Shown: positions 11,107 through 21,072, numbered from the stretch's first letter. The stretch is DNA of 64,000 nt from an uncultured Chloroflexia bacterium (GCA_963720375.1 CAVRFM010000006.1:4594-68593); one strand, 5' to 3'. Program-made: numbers and translations. Notes: a model not told the origin generated them from the letters alone.

Positions 11107-11712
11107 GTGACCAGACTGATGTTGGTGAGGCATGGGGAGGTTGACGCGGACATGAGCCGCTACTGGGGGCACACAGACGTTCCCCTGAGTGTCGAGGGGC
11201 TGAAGCAGGCCGATAACCTCTGCCGCCGCCTGGCGAAGGAGAAGGTTGATGCCGTTTACTCCAGCGACCTCAGGCGGGCAGTGGATACTGCCGCCGTCAT
11301 TGCCATGCCCCACCGGCTGCCTGTGGTGACTTGCCCCGAGCTTCGCGAGATCAACTTCGGGCGGTGCGAAGGCATGACCTTTGCCGAGGTGAAGGAGCAT
11401 TATCCGGAAGCGGAAAAACTCTGGCTGGGTGCTGACCCTGAGCTCGGTTTTCCGGGCGGGGAGAGCCTGAGGACCCTGGCTGAAAGGGTTCAGACTTTTG
11501 CTGCAAGGCTGCGTTCTCATCAGGCAGATGCGGTGCTGGTGGTGGCTCACGGCGGCCCGCTGCGGGTGCTCATCTGCCGTCTGACGGGGCTCGATCTGTC
11601 CTGCTGGCAGCAAATCCAAATTGAGCGGGCATCCCTCTCCATCATGGAAATCGATACCTGTGGAAGAGTGATCCATTTCTTGAATGACGTTTCTCATTTA
11701 CAAAGGAGGTAG
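11107..11712 (+). CDS. cobC: Alpha-ribazole phosphatase (histidine phosphatase)
   Basis: LVRHGE, SSDLRRA, LREINFG, VVAHGG, in cob operon context. Confidence 0.85.
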   Translation: MTRLMLVRHGEVDADMSRYWGHTDVPLSVEGLKQADNLCRRLAKEKVDAVYSSDLRRAVDTAAVIAMPHRLPVVTCPELREINFGRCEGMTFAEVKEHYPEAEKLWLGADPELGFPGGESLRTLAERVQTFAARLRSHQADAVLVVAHGGPLRVLICRLTGLDLSCWQQIQIERASLSIMEIDTCGRVIHFLNDVSHLQRR

Positions 11713-11720
11713 GAAATAAA

Positions 11721-12404
11721 ATGACTGAAGCTATCAGCTCCTGGAGCGGCGGAAAGGACAGCTGCTTTGCCTGTTACCTGGCCCTGGCGCAGGGCTACAA
11801 AGTCACTCATCTGGTCAACTTCATATCCCGGGAATTCCGGAGGGTCTCCTTCCACGGCACCCGGGCCCGCCTGATCCACCGGCAGGCGGAGTTGATCGGT
11901 ATTCCTCTGGCCCAATACGCGATCCCGCCGGATATGGCCCTTTATGAACAGACATTCAAGAAGACCGTGTCTGCCCTGAAGCGCCGTGGTGCCGAGGCCA
12001 TGGTCTTCGGCGATATCTATCTTCAGGAGCACCGGGACTGGGTGGAGAGAGTCTGTGCCGAGGTAGGTCTTACCCCCGTATTGCCCCTGTGGAACAGGGA
12101 AACGGAAGGTATCATGAAGGAGTTCATCGGGGCAGGCTTCGAGGCAGCGGTGATCTCAGCCAAGGCGGACATCTTCGGTGAAGAATGGTTAGGGCGGAGG
12201 ATAGACCATAGCTTCCTCACTGACGTGAAGCATCTGGCTCAGACGAAGGATGTTGACATCTGTGGCGAGAAGGGAGAATATCACACCGTCGTGCTGGATG
12301 GCCCCCTGTTTGGGAAGCGGATACAGCCGACTTATGGCGAGAGGGTGCAGCGTGACGGCTACTGGTTCCTTGACATACCCCGGTCCAGGGTCAAGCCCAA
12401 GTGA
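11721..12404 (+). CDS. Diphthine-ammonia-ligase-like PP-loop ATP pyrophosphatase
   Basis: SWSGGKDS, VFGDIYL, PLW, DICGEKGEYHT. Confidence 0.85.
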   Translation: MTEAISSWSGGKDSCFACYLALAQGYKVTHLVNFISREFRRVSFHGTRARLIHRQAELIGIPLAQYAIPPDMALYEQTFKKTVSALKRRGAEAMVFGDIYLQEHRDWVERVCAEVGLTPVLPLWNRETEGIMKEFIGAGFEAAVISAKADIFGEEWLGRRIDHSFLTDVKHLAQTKDVDICGEKGEYHTVVLDGPLFGKRIQPTYGERVQRDGYWFLDIPRSRVKPK

Positions 12405-12524
12405 CACGCGCCAAATCCGTGGATTCTCACAGTGGGTGTCAGTTCCCATACCACGCGGTTGGGTGTCATCCTTCTGCAGAAGGACGACCGCAGTGTGGGT
12501 GTCAGGTCCCCGACCTGACCCATA

Positions 12525-12612
12525 TGTCATTCCCGCGCATGCTATCATGTCATTGCGAGGCGCGCAAGCGAGGAATCCAGTGTCTGTAGGGGCGCTTCGC
12601 GAAGCGCCCTCA
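12525..12612. repeat. REP-like palindrome cluster
   Basis: TGTCATT...GGAATCC plus GTAGGGGCGCTTCGCGAAGCGCCC. Confidence 0.7.
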
Positions 12613-12636
12613 AAGAAAGGCGTAGAATGAGTTCAG

Positions 12637-13203
12637 ATGGCTAAGAGATGTATTCTCATTCTGGGCGGGGCCCGGAGCGGCAAGAGCCGTTTTGCCCAGG
12701 AGATGGCGTCGCGCCTGGGTGAGAGGGTGCTCTTTGTGGCCACGGCGGAGGCCCTGGATGAGGAGATGAGACAGAGGATAGAGGAACACAAGAAGGCCCG
12801 TTCTTCAAGCTGGCGTACTATCGAGGCACCCTTCGGCGTGGGGCGAAGAATCCGGGAACAGAGTGGCGATGCCCAGGTGGTTGTCCTGGATTGCCTCACC
12901 CTGCTGGTGTCCAACGTCATTGGCCGGTGCGGCGGTGATCCTGACCGGATCGACACAAAGCTGGTGGATGAGAAGCTGTCATTGGAGGTCAGTGCATTGG
13001 CGGAGTGTATTGAGGACACAGCGGCCAGCTTTGTCCTGGTGAGTAACGAGGTGGGTATGGGGATTGTCCCGCCTAACAGGCTGGGACGGATCTACCAGGA
13101 CTCTCTGGGCAAGGTGAATCAGGAGTTGGCTCAGCGTGCCGACACTGTCTACCTCATGGTTGCCGGTATACCGGTGATGGTCAAAGGGCTGCAGGGCCTT
13201 TGA
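12637..13203 (+). CDS. cobU: Bifunctional adenosylcobinamide kinase / cobinamide-phosphate guanylyltransferase
   Basis: GGARSGKS, ATAEALDEEM..RI..H, LDCLTL, VSNEVGMGIVP. Confidence 0.95.
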   Translation: MAKRCILILGGARSGKSRFAQEMASRLGERVLFVATAEALDEEMRQRIEEHKKARSSSWRTIEAPFGVGRRIREQSGDAQVVVLDCLTLLVSNVIGRCGGDPDRIDTKLVDEKLSLEVSALAECIEDTAASFVLVSNEVGMGIVPPNRLGRIYQDSLGKVNQELAQRADTVYLMVAGIPVMVKGLQGL

Positions 13204-13716
13204 GGCCGGGAGGTATATCGAAGAAGGCGGACGCGACTCCTTGTGACAGGCGGTGGGTCTTCAGAACCGTGGTATGAGGAGAGGATGACAAAGCAAGAGG
13301 TCTGTCACCCTCGTAGGGATCAACAGTCAACAATTCCTGGGGCGAATGCTAGTGTTTTCGTTTCCTTGTGACTTCACCTATAACTATCATCCCAACAGTC
13401 GCTGCTACGAAGCCTAAGAGAACATACCATCCAAGCATGGACCCTCCTCTGCCTTTTCTAAATCATACCACAATTGCCCTTCATGTTTGAAGTGGCGAAT
13501 TGAGAGACCTAGCACAAGCCCACATGGCCCTCTAATCATCTCTACGCAACGTACTATCAATAGAGTGATTAGTTTGGTTCTGCTAAATTAAGGTTGATGA
13601 TGATTGACGGGGGCCAATCGGGAAGATCCTCGGAGAACCCTCGTTCACTACATCGGTGTCACTCTTTGACAGGATGAATGAATCATGCTATATGTTGTGT
13701 CGGTGCTTGAGGTGAA

Positions 13717-14559
13717 ATGACGGATATCATCGTTGCCGTGGTTGGCATAGCCGTTACAATCGTATTGGCTTGTTTTTTCTATTGGAAGCAGCGCGCTGCG
13801 AAAGAGCCACGTTGGGCGATCCGCACCAATAATCTGGTAGCTGACTGGAAGGAGAGACTACCTCGCCTTGCTATCCTCTACGAAGGAAAGCCTGTCAGTA
13901 GTCTGTCTGTGAGCAGGGTGGTGTTCTGGAATGCTGGCAGATGCTCAATAAGGAAGGAAGATATAGCGCCAGCGGATCGGCTGAGGATACAGTGCAAGAA
14001 GGATGTGCGTATTCTGAGCGTAAGTCTCATCGAGTCCAACAGCCCACCTAGCCGAATGTCATATAATTTGGAGCCTGACGATGCGGCAGTCACGCTAGAA
14101 TTTGACTTTCTTGAGAAAGAGGAAGGGGCGGTGTTCGAAGTCGTGCACACAGGGACCAGCTCTGACGATATCCGAGTCGCTGGCACAATAATCGATGGTG
14201 GGCAGCCAAAGTTTCAGGACGTGAGGGTCCCCAAATTCAGAGGTTTTATGGCAGTGCTCGTTCGGAACTTTCATAAGCTTGCCCTTAAGATCGGAAGGTC
14301 TCAGGCTATTGTGCTAGGCTTTCTTGTTGGTTTGGTTATGCTAGCGACTGGAGTGACGATCTTCATCACTGGGTTGCATCGCATCCCAGAGGGTCGATTA
14401 TCAGTGTCTCTGGTAAGGGTAATTGTATTATATGCTCTAGCAATGTTAGCGACTGTCCCCACGAGCCTCGCACTCGGGTACTCGTTGTACGGGCTTCCCC
14501 CAAGAGGACTACAGTCTTTCTTGGGGAAAATCCCCTATGAAGGCGATGACGAGTCTTGA
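13717..14559 (+). CDS. Hypothetical membrane protein (first cargo of the array)
   Basis: 280-aa ORF with an N-terminal and two C-terminal TM segments; TTGACA-N17-TATATG upstream. Confidence 0.7.
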   Translation: MTDIIVAVVGIAVTIVLACFFYWKQRAAKEPRWAIRTNNLVADWKERLPRLAILYEGKPVSSLSVSRVVFWNAGRCSIRKEDIAPADRLRIQCKKDVRILSVSLIESNSPPSRMSYNLEPDDAAVTLEFDFLEKEEGAVFEVVHTGTSSDDIRVAGTIIDGGQPKFQDVRVPKFRGFMAVLVRNFHKLALKIGRSQAIVLGFLVGLVMLATGVTIFITGLHRIPEGRLSVSLVRVIVLYALAMLATVPTSLALGYSLYGLPPRGLQSFLGKIPYEGDDES

Positions 14560-14700
14560 GTCATAGTTGCAAGCCTCTGTGTTTGTAATAGCCACGGCCT
14601 TGTAGAACTTCAGGCTATCCCCTTTCTATCCAGGCTGAGGTTGGGTGGTATAATCGTTGAGAGCCAATCATTTTTGACAAGGACATCGGCAGGAATAGTT

Positions 14701-15018
14701 ATGGAGACCGCAGTCACTGTATTCTCGGTTGTTTGGTGTCTCGTGGTTCTTTTCTTCATATATCGCATGTGGAAAGCCCACGAATTGAGGATTGGCATAA
14801 TGAACGATGACCTTGATACCTATATGAGGCTGCCCTCCTATGGTGAGATGGTCTTCAAGTTCTGGAGACCGTGGTCCTCGTTCATCGAGGAGACTCTAGA
14901 GGGCACCCCGGAAGAAGAAGCAACATCGCTTGATACCAGGCAGACGGACGAGGTGATTGTCCCCGGTGAGCACGACCCCGAATCTCCTTCAGGGGCCTTC
15001 CTCAACTCTCAACCCTGA
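14701..15018 (+). CDS. Small hypothetical protein with an N-terminal TM helix and acidic tail
   Basis: ATG 14701 follows a site and TATAAT; lies between two full sites. Confidence 0.6.
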   Translation: METAVTVFSVVWCLVVLFFIYRMWKAHELRIGIMNDDLDTYMRLPSYGEMVFKFWRPWSSFIEETLEGTPEEEATSLDTRQTDEVIVPGEHDPESPSGAFLNSQP

Positions 15019-15172
15019 TAAAGCCAACGGGCAAGGCTTAGTAGAAAGACCTCACCCCACCATCGCCTTGTAGGACTTCAGGCTGTCTCCCCTTTGTATC
15101 CAGGCTGAGGTTCGGATGGTATAATGTCGCAGAGGATTCCAGCCTAATAAACAGAGGCAGGCGAATTTGGAG

Positions 15173-15367
15173 ATGGCTATCATGAGCACCTTTCGGATTC
15201 TCAAGAAAGCGGCAAGAGACATCTATAAGTGGCTAATGAAATACAGCGGCATGACAATGATCATAGATAACGTGGAAGAAAGACGCCGTAAACGAGAAAG
15301 CCTCAATCATTCTGAAGAGCCTTCCGATACCCAATCTACTGCAGACCCTCCATTAAAAGGTAAATAG
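15173..15367 (+). CDS. Small hypothetical protein
   Basis: ORF follows a site and TATAAT; no recognised motif. Confidence 0.4.
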   Translation: MAIMSTFRILKKAARDIYKWLMKYSGMTMIIDNVEERRRKRESLNHSEEPSDTQSTADPPLKGK

Positions 15368-15423
15368 GCTCATTACTGCACAGGGTTAGTAAATTTCACC
15401 TGGACCAGTTCTCGGAGGGCAGG

Positions 15424-16881
15424 TCAATTTCCCTGTTCATCCTCTTTGATGCCAGCCAGGCTCTTCGCTGTTTTCTGCTTACTCTTAATGTCGACCAGGC
15501 GGGATATCATGATCCTCTGTGCCTGTGGCGAACCGGCACCGTGCATGGATTCAGTAAGATATCCTACTGCTGCAGTACCGAGTGTTATATTTTCGATAAG
15601 CCGGAGGATACGCATCCTGTTTTCCGTTGGGATATCGTCCCTCCCTTTGCAATATTTTCTTATCCACTCGCCTACGTCTGCTGATCTCATATCCTCTTCA
15701 GAGGGGAGGGTAACCAGGAGACCGCCTGCGATATCCTGCGCAAGCCTGGCTATTTCATAAGGGAACCGTGTCACATTCTGTTTGTGTACATTTGCGAGGA
15801 GCGTATTAACGTAGTAAGTGCCGCTGGGCTCAGGGTGCCCTTCAGAGGCGCAGGCAATACATCCGCAGTAGAGCGTTTCATTAAGATGATTCATCTCGAT
15901 GATTTTATCTTTCACGTGGGAAGCCTTTTCGATACCATTGTATTCTGCAATCGTCTGTGTCGCGCCTATGAGAACATCGCCGACTCCGACCTTGCAGGCA
16001 TAGCTTTGCCGGTGATACGAGGCGAATTGCTCCACCAGCTGGCCGGAAAAGTCATATTCCTTGTACATGAATACCCGCTCCCATGGAACGAAGACATCAT
16101 TAAATATTATCAACGCTTCGTGTCCTCCGAAATTGATGTTGCCTCGATCGATTTTGCACCCTTCCAGCTTCCTGGTATCGCATGACTGGCGTCCTATGAC
16201 ATAGATTATACCTTTGGTGTCGCTAGGCACAGCAAAGGAAACCGCGTAATCCTTGTCCTCTTCCCTCATGGAAATCGTGGGCATTACAATGACCTCATGG
16301 GAATTCACAGCCCCCGTCTGATGGGCTTTGGCCCCGCGTACCACAATACCGTCCTTTCTTTCTTCGACTACCCTGAGGTACTGGTCAGGATCGGCCTGCT
16401 TGTGCGGCGGCAGGGAACGGTCGCCCTTTGGATCAGTCATGGCTCCGTCGCAGACAAGATCGTTCTCCTGGACATACTCCAGATACTTTAAGAATCTTTT
16501 GTTGTATTCAGTACCGTACTTTGCGTCTATGTCATATGTTGTCATTGACAGGGCATTCAAGGCGTCAATTCCCACGCATCTCTGGAAACAGCATCCTGTC
16601 AGGGAACCAAGCAGCCTGCCCATCTTGCTTTTCTTGACAAGGTCATCAACGCTTTGATGAATATGGGTGAACCGGTTGATTTTTGCCCCTGTGATGTGGG
16701 AAGTCGCTGTCATAATATCTTCATATTTCGGATTACGAGCAAGGGCATAAGTCATGGAAATCGCATTCAGGGATGGTCTGATTATGGGATCATCCACGAC
16801 ATTTTTCACTCTTTTGCCGAACATGTATACTACCAGTTCGAGCTTTCTCAAACTTTCGATGTATTCTTGCGGAGTTTTCAT
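15424..16881 (-). CDS. abfD: 4-hydroxybutyryl-CoA dehydratase (HpaB/AbfD family)
   Basis: CFQRCVG Fe-S motif, DGAMTDPKGDRS, VRGAKAHQTG, YHRQSY, MHGAGSPQAQ. Confidence 0.9.
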   Translation of the reverse strand: MKTPQEYIESLRKLELVVYMFGKRVKNVVDDPIIRPSLNAISMTYALARNPKYEDIMTATSHITGAKINRFTHIHQSVDDLVKKSKMGRLLGSLTGCCFQRCVGIDALNALSMTTYDIDAKYGTEYNKRFLKYLEYVQENDLVCDGAMTDPKGDRSLPPHKQADPDQYLRVVEERKDGIVVRGAKAHQTGAVNSHEVIVMPTISMREEDKDYAVSFAVPSDTKGIIYVIGRQSCDTRKLEGCKIDRGNINFGGHEALIIFNDVFVPWERVFMYKEYDFSGQLVEQFASYHRQSYACKVGVGDVLIGATQTIAEYNGIEKASHVKDKIIEMNHLNETLYCGCIACASEGHPEPSGTYYVNTLLANVHKQNVTRFPYEIARLAQDIAGGLLVTLPSEEDMRSADVGEWIRKYCKGRDDIPTENRMRILRLIENITLGTAAVGYLTESMHGAGSPQAQRIMISRLVDIKSKQKTAKSLAGIKEDEQGN

Positions 16882-17188
16882 AAATCTTTTACTCTCCTTC
16901 GATAAATCTTTCTCCATAATTCAATGCCGCGTTGACCTGCCCCAAGTATTTGTACCACTTCTTAGGCCGCAGTTGCCAGCCTCCTCTGTGTTTGTAACAG
17001 CCACCGCCTTGTAGGACTTCAGGCTGTCCTCACCAATAGAGTGGACAGAGATGTCCAGCCTTGTCTTTTCTTCAGTATCAGCCAACCCCTTTTGTATCCA
17101 AGCTGAGGTTGTGGGTGTATCATGTCACTGAAGGCAATCTGCTGATGGTACTTCCGCTGCTAAATGGAAGGTAGAAAGGGGCTTTGCT

Positions 17189-17407
17189 ATGGCGAAGGGA
17201 ACAATCAAGAAACTAATTAGAGACAAGGGCTATGGGTTCATCCAAACTGAGGAGGGGAAAGAGCTTTTCTTTCACCGGAATCAGCTTCAAGGTGTGGACT
17301 ATTCTTCTCTCAAGGAAGGCCAAGAGGTAGAATACGAGGCTGGCACTGGGCGTGGTGACCGCCCAGAGGCTACCAAGGTGAAGCTACCACAACCCAAGAC
17401 TGAATAG
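17189..17407 (+). CDS. Cold-shock domain protein
   Basis: KGYGFI..LFFH RNP motifs. Confidence 0.9.
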   Translation: MAKGTIKKLIRDKGYGFIQTEEGKELFFHRNQLQGVDYSSLKEGQEVEYEAGTGRGDRPEATKVKLPQPKTE

Positions 17408-17521
17408 CACTCACCCCACCAGTGCTTTGTAGAACTTCAGACTGCCCGAGATAGTTTTGTGGTATAATGTCTCCATGGTGATTTTCCTATGAGAATTACT
17501 TCTGCGTGTACTTGAGGGTAA

Positions 17522-17665
17522 ATGGCTGCCAAAGGTGTTGTCCACCAAGCCCACCACTGGATGATAGACACTCTGCCTAAGAACGGCTTGTACCACGCCA
17601 TGTGCAGGAAGTGCGGCGCAGAAAAGGATTTTCCCCAGAGGAGCCTCGCTTCAGATTCAGTATAG
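17522..17665 (+). CDS. Small His/Cys-rich protein (possible Zn ribbon), 47 aa
   Basis: Manual translation MAAKGVVHQAHHWMIDTLPKNGLYHAMCRKCGAEKDFPQRSLASDSV; GAGGG RBS; fills a cassette. Confidence 0.55.
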   Translation: MAAKGVVHQAHHWMIDTLPKNGLYHAMCRKCGAEKDFPQRSLASDSV

Positions 17666-17943
17666 ATAGAAAGCCAGTTGCACCATCAGCCATAGAACCA
17701 CCTGACTTGAGTGGCACTTCTGTACATGATAGATGTGCCTGAGCCAGGCTCGTCCCAAGTCCCCTAGCGGTATCACTACAGGAACCCTGGGACAAGCCTT
17801 AACCTCCAGCATCACCCCGGCAGCACCCTGTAGAACTTCAGCCTGTCCTCATTGGTTGACATTCTCTATTGCCTGTGTGCTATTATCCTAGATGACTTCT
17901 ACATATAGGTATGTATAGAGTCGGAAGCAGGAAGGAGAGTGGC

Positions 17944-18090
17944 ATGGTCAAGAAGAGAGTGCGCAACCCGGTTACTCACAAATACTATGCCCAGCAGCAA
18001 AGGGATGGGAGACTGAGACGAGGTCAGTTCGTCGGTCTCTGGCATCCTCCCAAGAGAAAACCAAAGGAGGCCCAGATTCCGCAGGCTTAG
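17944..18090 (+). CDS. Small basic hypothetical protein, 48 aa
   Basis: MVKKRVRNPVTHKYYAQQQRDGRLRRGQFVGLWHPPKRKPKEAQIPQA; AAGGAG RBS; TTGACA...TATTAT upstream. Confidence 0.6.
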   Translation: MVKKRVRNPVTHKYYAQQQRDGRLRRGQFVGLWHPPKRKPKEAQIPQA

Positions 18091-18211
18091 GCCGCAATTC
18101 TCCCTACAGTCCTCTACTAAGCTATCTTTCCATCAAAGCTGAGGTTGGGGTGGTACAATGGTGGCAGGCGGGTCACACCAAGGAGAAGGTGCGGGAAGAA
18201 ATGGAGGACAG

Positions 18212-18712
18212 ATGGATAGCATCCTGGACGTGATTGTCTCACGAAGAAGTGTCAGGAAGTGGAAATCCGATGCGGTCTCTGATGGCGACATCAAGGACAT
18301 ACTCGAAGCGGCGATGAATGCCCCATCGGCGGTGAATGAGCAAGCATGGCAGTTCGTGGTGCTGAACGGTAAGATGCTCGAAGACTTTGTGAAAATCAAC
18401 GGCAATACTCCCAAAGGCTCACCCGTGGGGATCCTGGTTTGCGGCGACAAGAAGCTGGACAAGCTCGGGGGATTCTATCTGCATGACTGTTGTGCTGCCA
18501 CGCAGAACATTCTTCTCGCGGTTCATGCTAAAGGACTGGGAGGAGTCTGGACTGCCATCTTCCCCAACGCTATTCCGGAAGTGCGCAAGCTGCTGAATCT
18601 GCCGGACCACGTCATCCCACTCGCCTTCGTTCCTTTTGGATACCCCGTCTCAGAGCGGCCCAAACCGGCCAGCCGATACGACGAAACGAAGGTGCACAGA
18701 AACGGCTGGTAG
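18212..18712 (+). CDS. Nitroreductase family protein
   Basis: SRRSVRKW, APSAVNEQAW, QNILLA..GLGGVW; GGAGG RBS. Confidence 0.9.
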   Translation: MDSILDVIVSRRSVRKWKSDAVSDGDIKDILEAAMNAPSAVNEQAWQFVVLNGKMLEDFVKINGNTPKGSPVGILVCGDKKLDKLGGFYLHDCCAATQNILLAVHAKGLGGVWTAIFPNAIPEVRKLLNLPDHVIPLAFVPFGYPVSERPKPASRYDETKVHRNGW

Positions 18713-19417
18713 GCTCTCCAGGTGCGGTGCTTAGCAGGACTTCAGGCTGTCCTGACCAATACCTTTCTGGAACTCTGAAACCATGCACATTATGTCCATA
18801 TCTACCAACCATCAACCTTTCCCCAAACGTCATGCTCGTGCATAGTAAACTTGACAGGTCTATGCAGGCATGTTACAATCACACCACGATATTCGTAGTG
18901 CGATGGGATATCCACTCCCACCCAACAAACAAAAGGAGGGAGGAGAAAGACAAGATCTGGAATACGGAAGGCTGCGGATATCCATTCACAGGAAGAGCAG
19001 CCTACTAACTAGATGGCTGGCAGTCAGTTCAATTTTATTGAAAGGGGGGTGAACATGACTCCGGGGTGTGAGTCGTGTTGCTGACTGACCAGCCATCCTT
19101 ATTTAGTTCAGATACATCAGAGCAAAATCTACGACTACGCGCTGCCATGCTTAGAGGATAAACCCGTTTGGACACCATCGCCTTGTAGAACTTCAGCCTG
19201 TCCTCCTTTCTGTCCAAGCTGAGGTTGTCTGACACAAAACTCCATGTAAGATAACTTCCCTGACAGCAAGCATTTACTGTGCCTTTACCATTCTTGTGCT
19301 AAGGTATACACAGGCGAGCAGATGGGGTCGATTGATGAAGCGGGTCGCAGATAGAACGAAGTCCCTGACAGGCTGTGCATACCTGATCAAGGGCCACAAA
19401 TAACATAGGAGGGCAAC

Positions 19418-19534
19418 ATGCGGCATGCACGTGAAGGTATGGGCTGGTGGGTAGGGTTGATGATCGGCATAGTGACGTTTCTTGTCTGGGCAGGGTCTAC
19501 TGAGCTAGTTGTCCGGGTTATCCCACACTTGTGA
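19418..19534 (+). CDS. 38-aa single-TM ORF, truncated relative of the SHOCT gene
   Basis: GGAGGG RBS; MRHAREGMGWWVGLMIG...; decayed SHOCT-coding sequence follows the stop. Confidence 0.4.
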   Translation: MRHAREGMGWWVGLMIGIVTFLVWAGSTELVVRVIPHL

Positions 19535-19984
19535 ACCACGGTGACTCAGGATCAGCGGGCAGGGGAAATGGTGCTTTGACAATAGCTAGAGGAACGCTAC
19601 GCCCGAAGAGAGATCACCAAGGAAGAATTCGACCGGATCAAGAAAGGTCTGTCATAGAGCACTACGAGGTATTGGAAACGCCTTAGAAAGACTCCCCCCA
19701 CGTCCTTTCTAAGCCAGAGAAGCCCATCTGTGAAGGTGGGCTTCTTCTATTCCCTGAATCCCAAACCCACCATCGCCCTGTAGAACTTCAGGCTGTCCTG
19801 AAAAACTCTAATCATTTTCTAAGCATCTCCTAATCCGGATTTAATGCAAGACCGGATGCCCTTCGGTAGAATGAAAGTGTCTTTGAGAGGTTATCCCCCT
19901 TTCTGAAGTGCCAAGTGACAGAAGTCGCATACCTTGTATCGATAGGGTAATACAATATTGGAATGGTGCAGAGGAGGTGTAGAC

Positions 19985-20233
19985 ATGATGTGGGAGCATT
20001 GGCATGAAGGTGTAGGTGCCTGCGGTGGTTGGGGTGTAGGATGGATTATTGGTCTATTCTTTCTGGCAGTCGTCGTTGGACTGATTACTTGGGGCATTGT
20101 GGTACTGGTAAGACACGGTAGATCAGGATCAGCGGGCAGGGGAAATGGTGCTTTGGCCATAGCCAGAGAACGCTATGCCCGAGGAGAGGTCTCCAAAGAA
20201 GAATTCGACCGGATCAAGAAAGACCTGTCGTAG
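19985..20233 (+). CDS. TM plus SHOCT-domain protein
   Basis: ALAIARERYARGEVSKEEFDRIKKDL; GGAGG RBS; hairpin terminator near 20257-20282. Confidence 0.85.
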   Translation: MMWEHWHEGVGACGGWGVGWIIGLFFLAVVVGLITWGIVVLVRHGRSGSAGRGNGALAIARERYARGEVSKEEFDRIKKDLS

Positions 20234-20508
20234 TTCACTCTGAAGCATGTCACCGAAGCCCATCTGCATAAGGTGGGCTTTCGTCATCTCCGTCTCCCCA
20301 GCACCGCCTTGTATGACTTCAGGTTGTCCTGAAAAACTCTAATCATCTTCTAAGCATTTTCCAATCCAGACCTAAGCTTAGCCCGGTATGCTGAGGGTGG
20401 CTTTGAGGAGAAGGAGAAGACACAGTGAAACAGACCGGCAAACTGGAACAGCAAGAGGCGTATCAGAGCATCATCAAGGGCCACAAATAACAAGACCAGG
20501 AGGGCAAC

Positions 20509-20622
20509 ATGCGACATGAAAGCGGAGGTATGGGTTGGTGGGTGGGCTTGACGATCGGTATAGTGACGTTTCTTATCTGGGCAGGGTCTACGGCGCTGAT
20601 TGTCCGGGTTATCGGACGCTAG
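20509..20622 (+). CDS. 37-aa single-TM ORF, paralog of 19418..19534
   Basis: MRHESGGMGWWVGLTIGIVTFLIWAGSTALIVRVIGR; GGAGGG RBS. Confidence 0.4.
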   Translation: MRHESGGMGWWVGLTIGIVTFLIWAGSTALIVRVIGR

Positions 20623-20757
20623 TGAACCATGGTGACTCAGGATCAGCAGGCTGAGGTTGGGGGTGTATGGTGTATAATAGTGCAAGGTGCGATGGCACGG
20701 GCCGCGCATGGATGCAGCCGATGGCGTGGATAAGCTGATGCCCGTGAGGAGGTAGAC

Positions 20758-21072
20758 ATGAAGGACCATCCCCACTGCTATCATATCAACTTCGCTCATG
20801 AGACAGAGACATGCTGCTGGTGCTCTGACATACGCAAGCTCAAATTCGGGCAGGGTCACCTTGACCGTGACGTTGGCATGACGATTCCGCTAGTGAGCGT
20901 CTGGTGGTGGCGGTATAATCCCAAAATGTATGCCTTGTACGAGCACGTCAAGCAGTTTGGCACACCTGAGACCGCGCATGGACCGTATGGCATCCAAGAT
21001 GGTTTGTTTGTCGAGTACGCTGACGAAGACCTATGCTCGATGAGAAAGCAACCTTTGGAAGGAGTACCTTAG
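20758..21072 (+). CDS. Hypothetical protein
   Basis: GAGGAGG RBS; lies between sites; no recognised family. Confidence 0.6.
   Translation: MKDHPHCYHINFAHETETCCWCSDIRKLKFGQGHLDRDVGMTIPLVSVWWWRYNPKMYALYEHVKQFGTPETAHGPYGIQDGLFVEYADEDLCSMRKQPLEGVP

Noticed and set aside
14606-14642. Canonical integron attC site
   Set aside because: AAC...GTT ends are present, but the span is about 37-41 bp (attC is at least about 57 bp), there is no RYYYAAC box and no IntI is visible. Reported instead as integron-like.
19035-19235. 66-aa minus-strand ORF starting MSDNLSLDRKEDRLKFYKAMV
   Set aside because: It is the reading frame through a full site plus unrelated DNA, with no RBS, and is not an independent gene.
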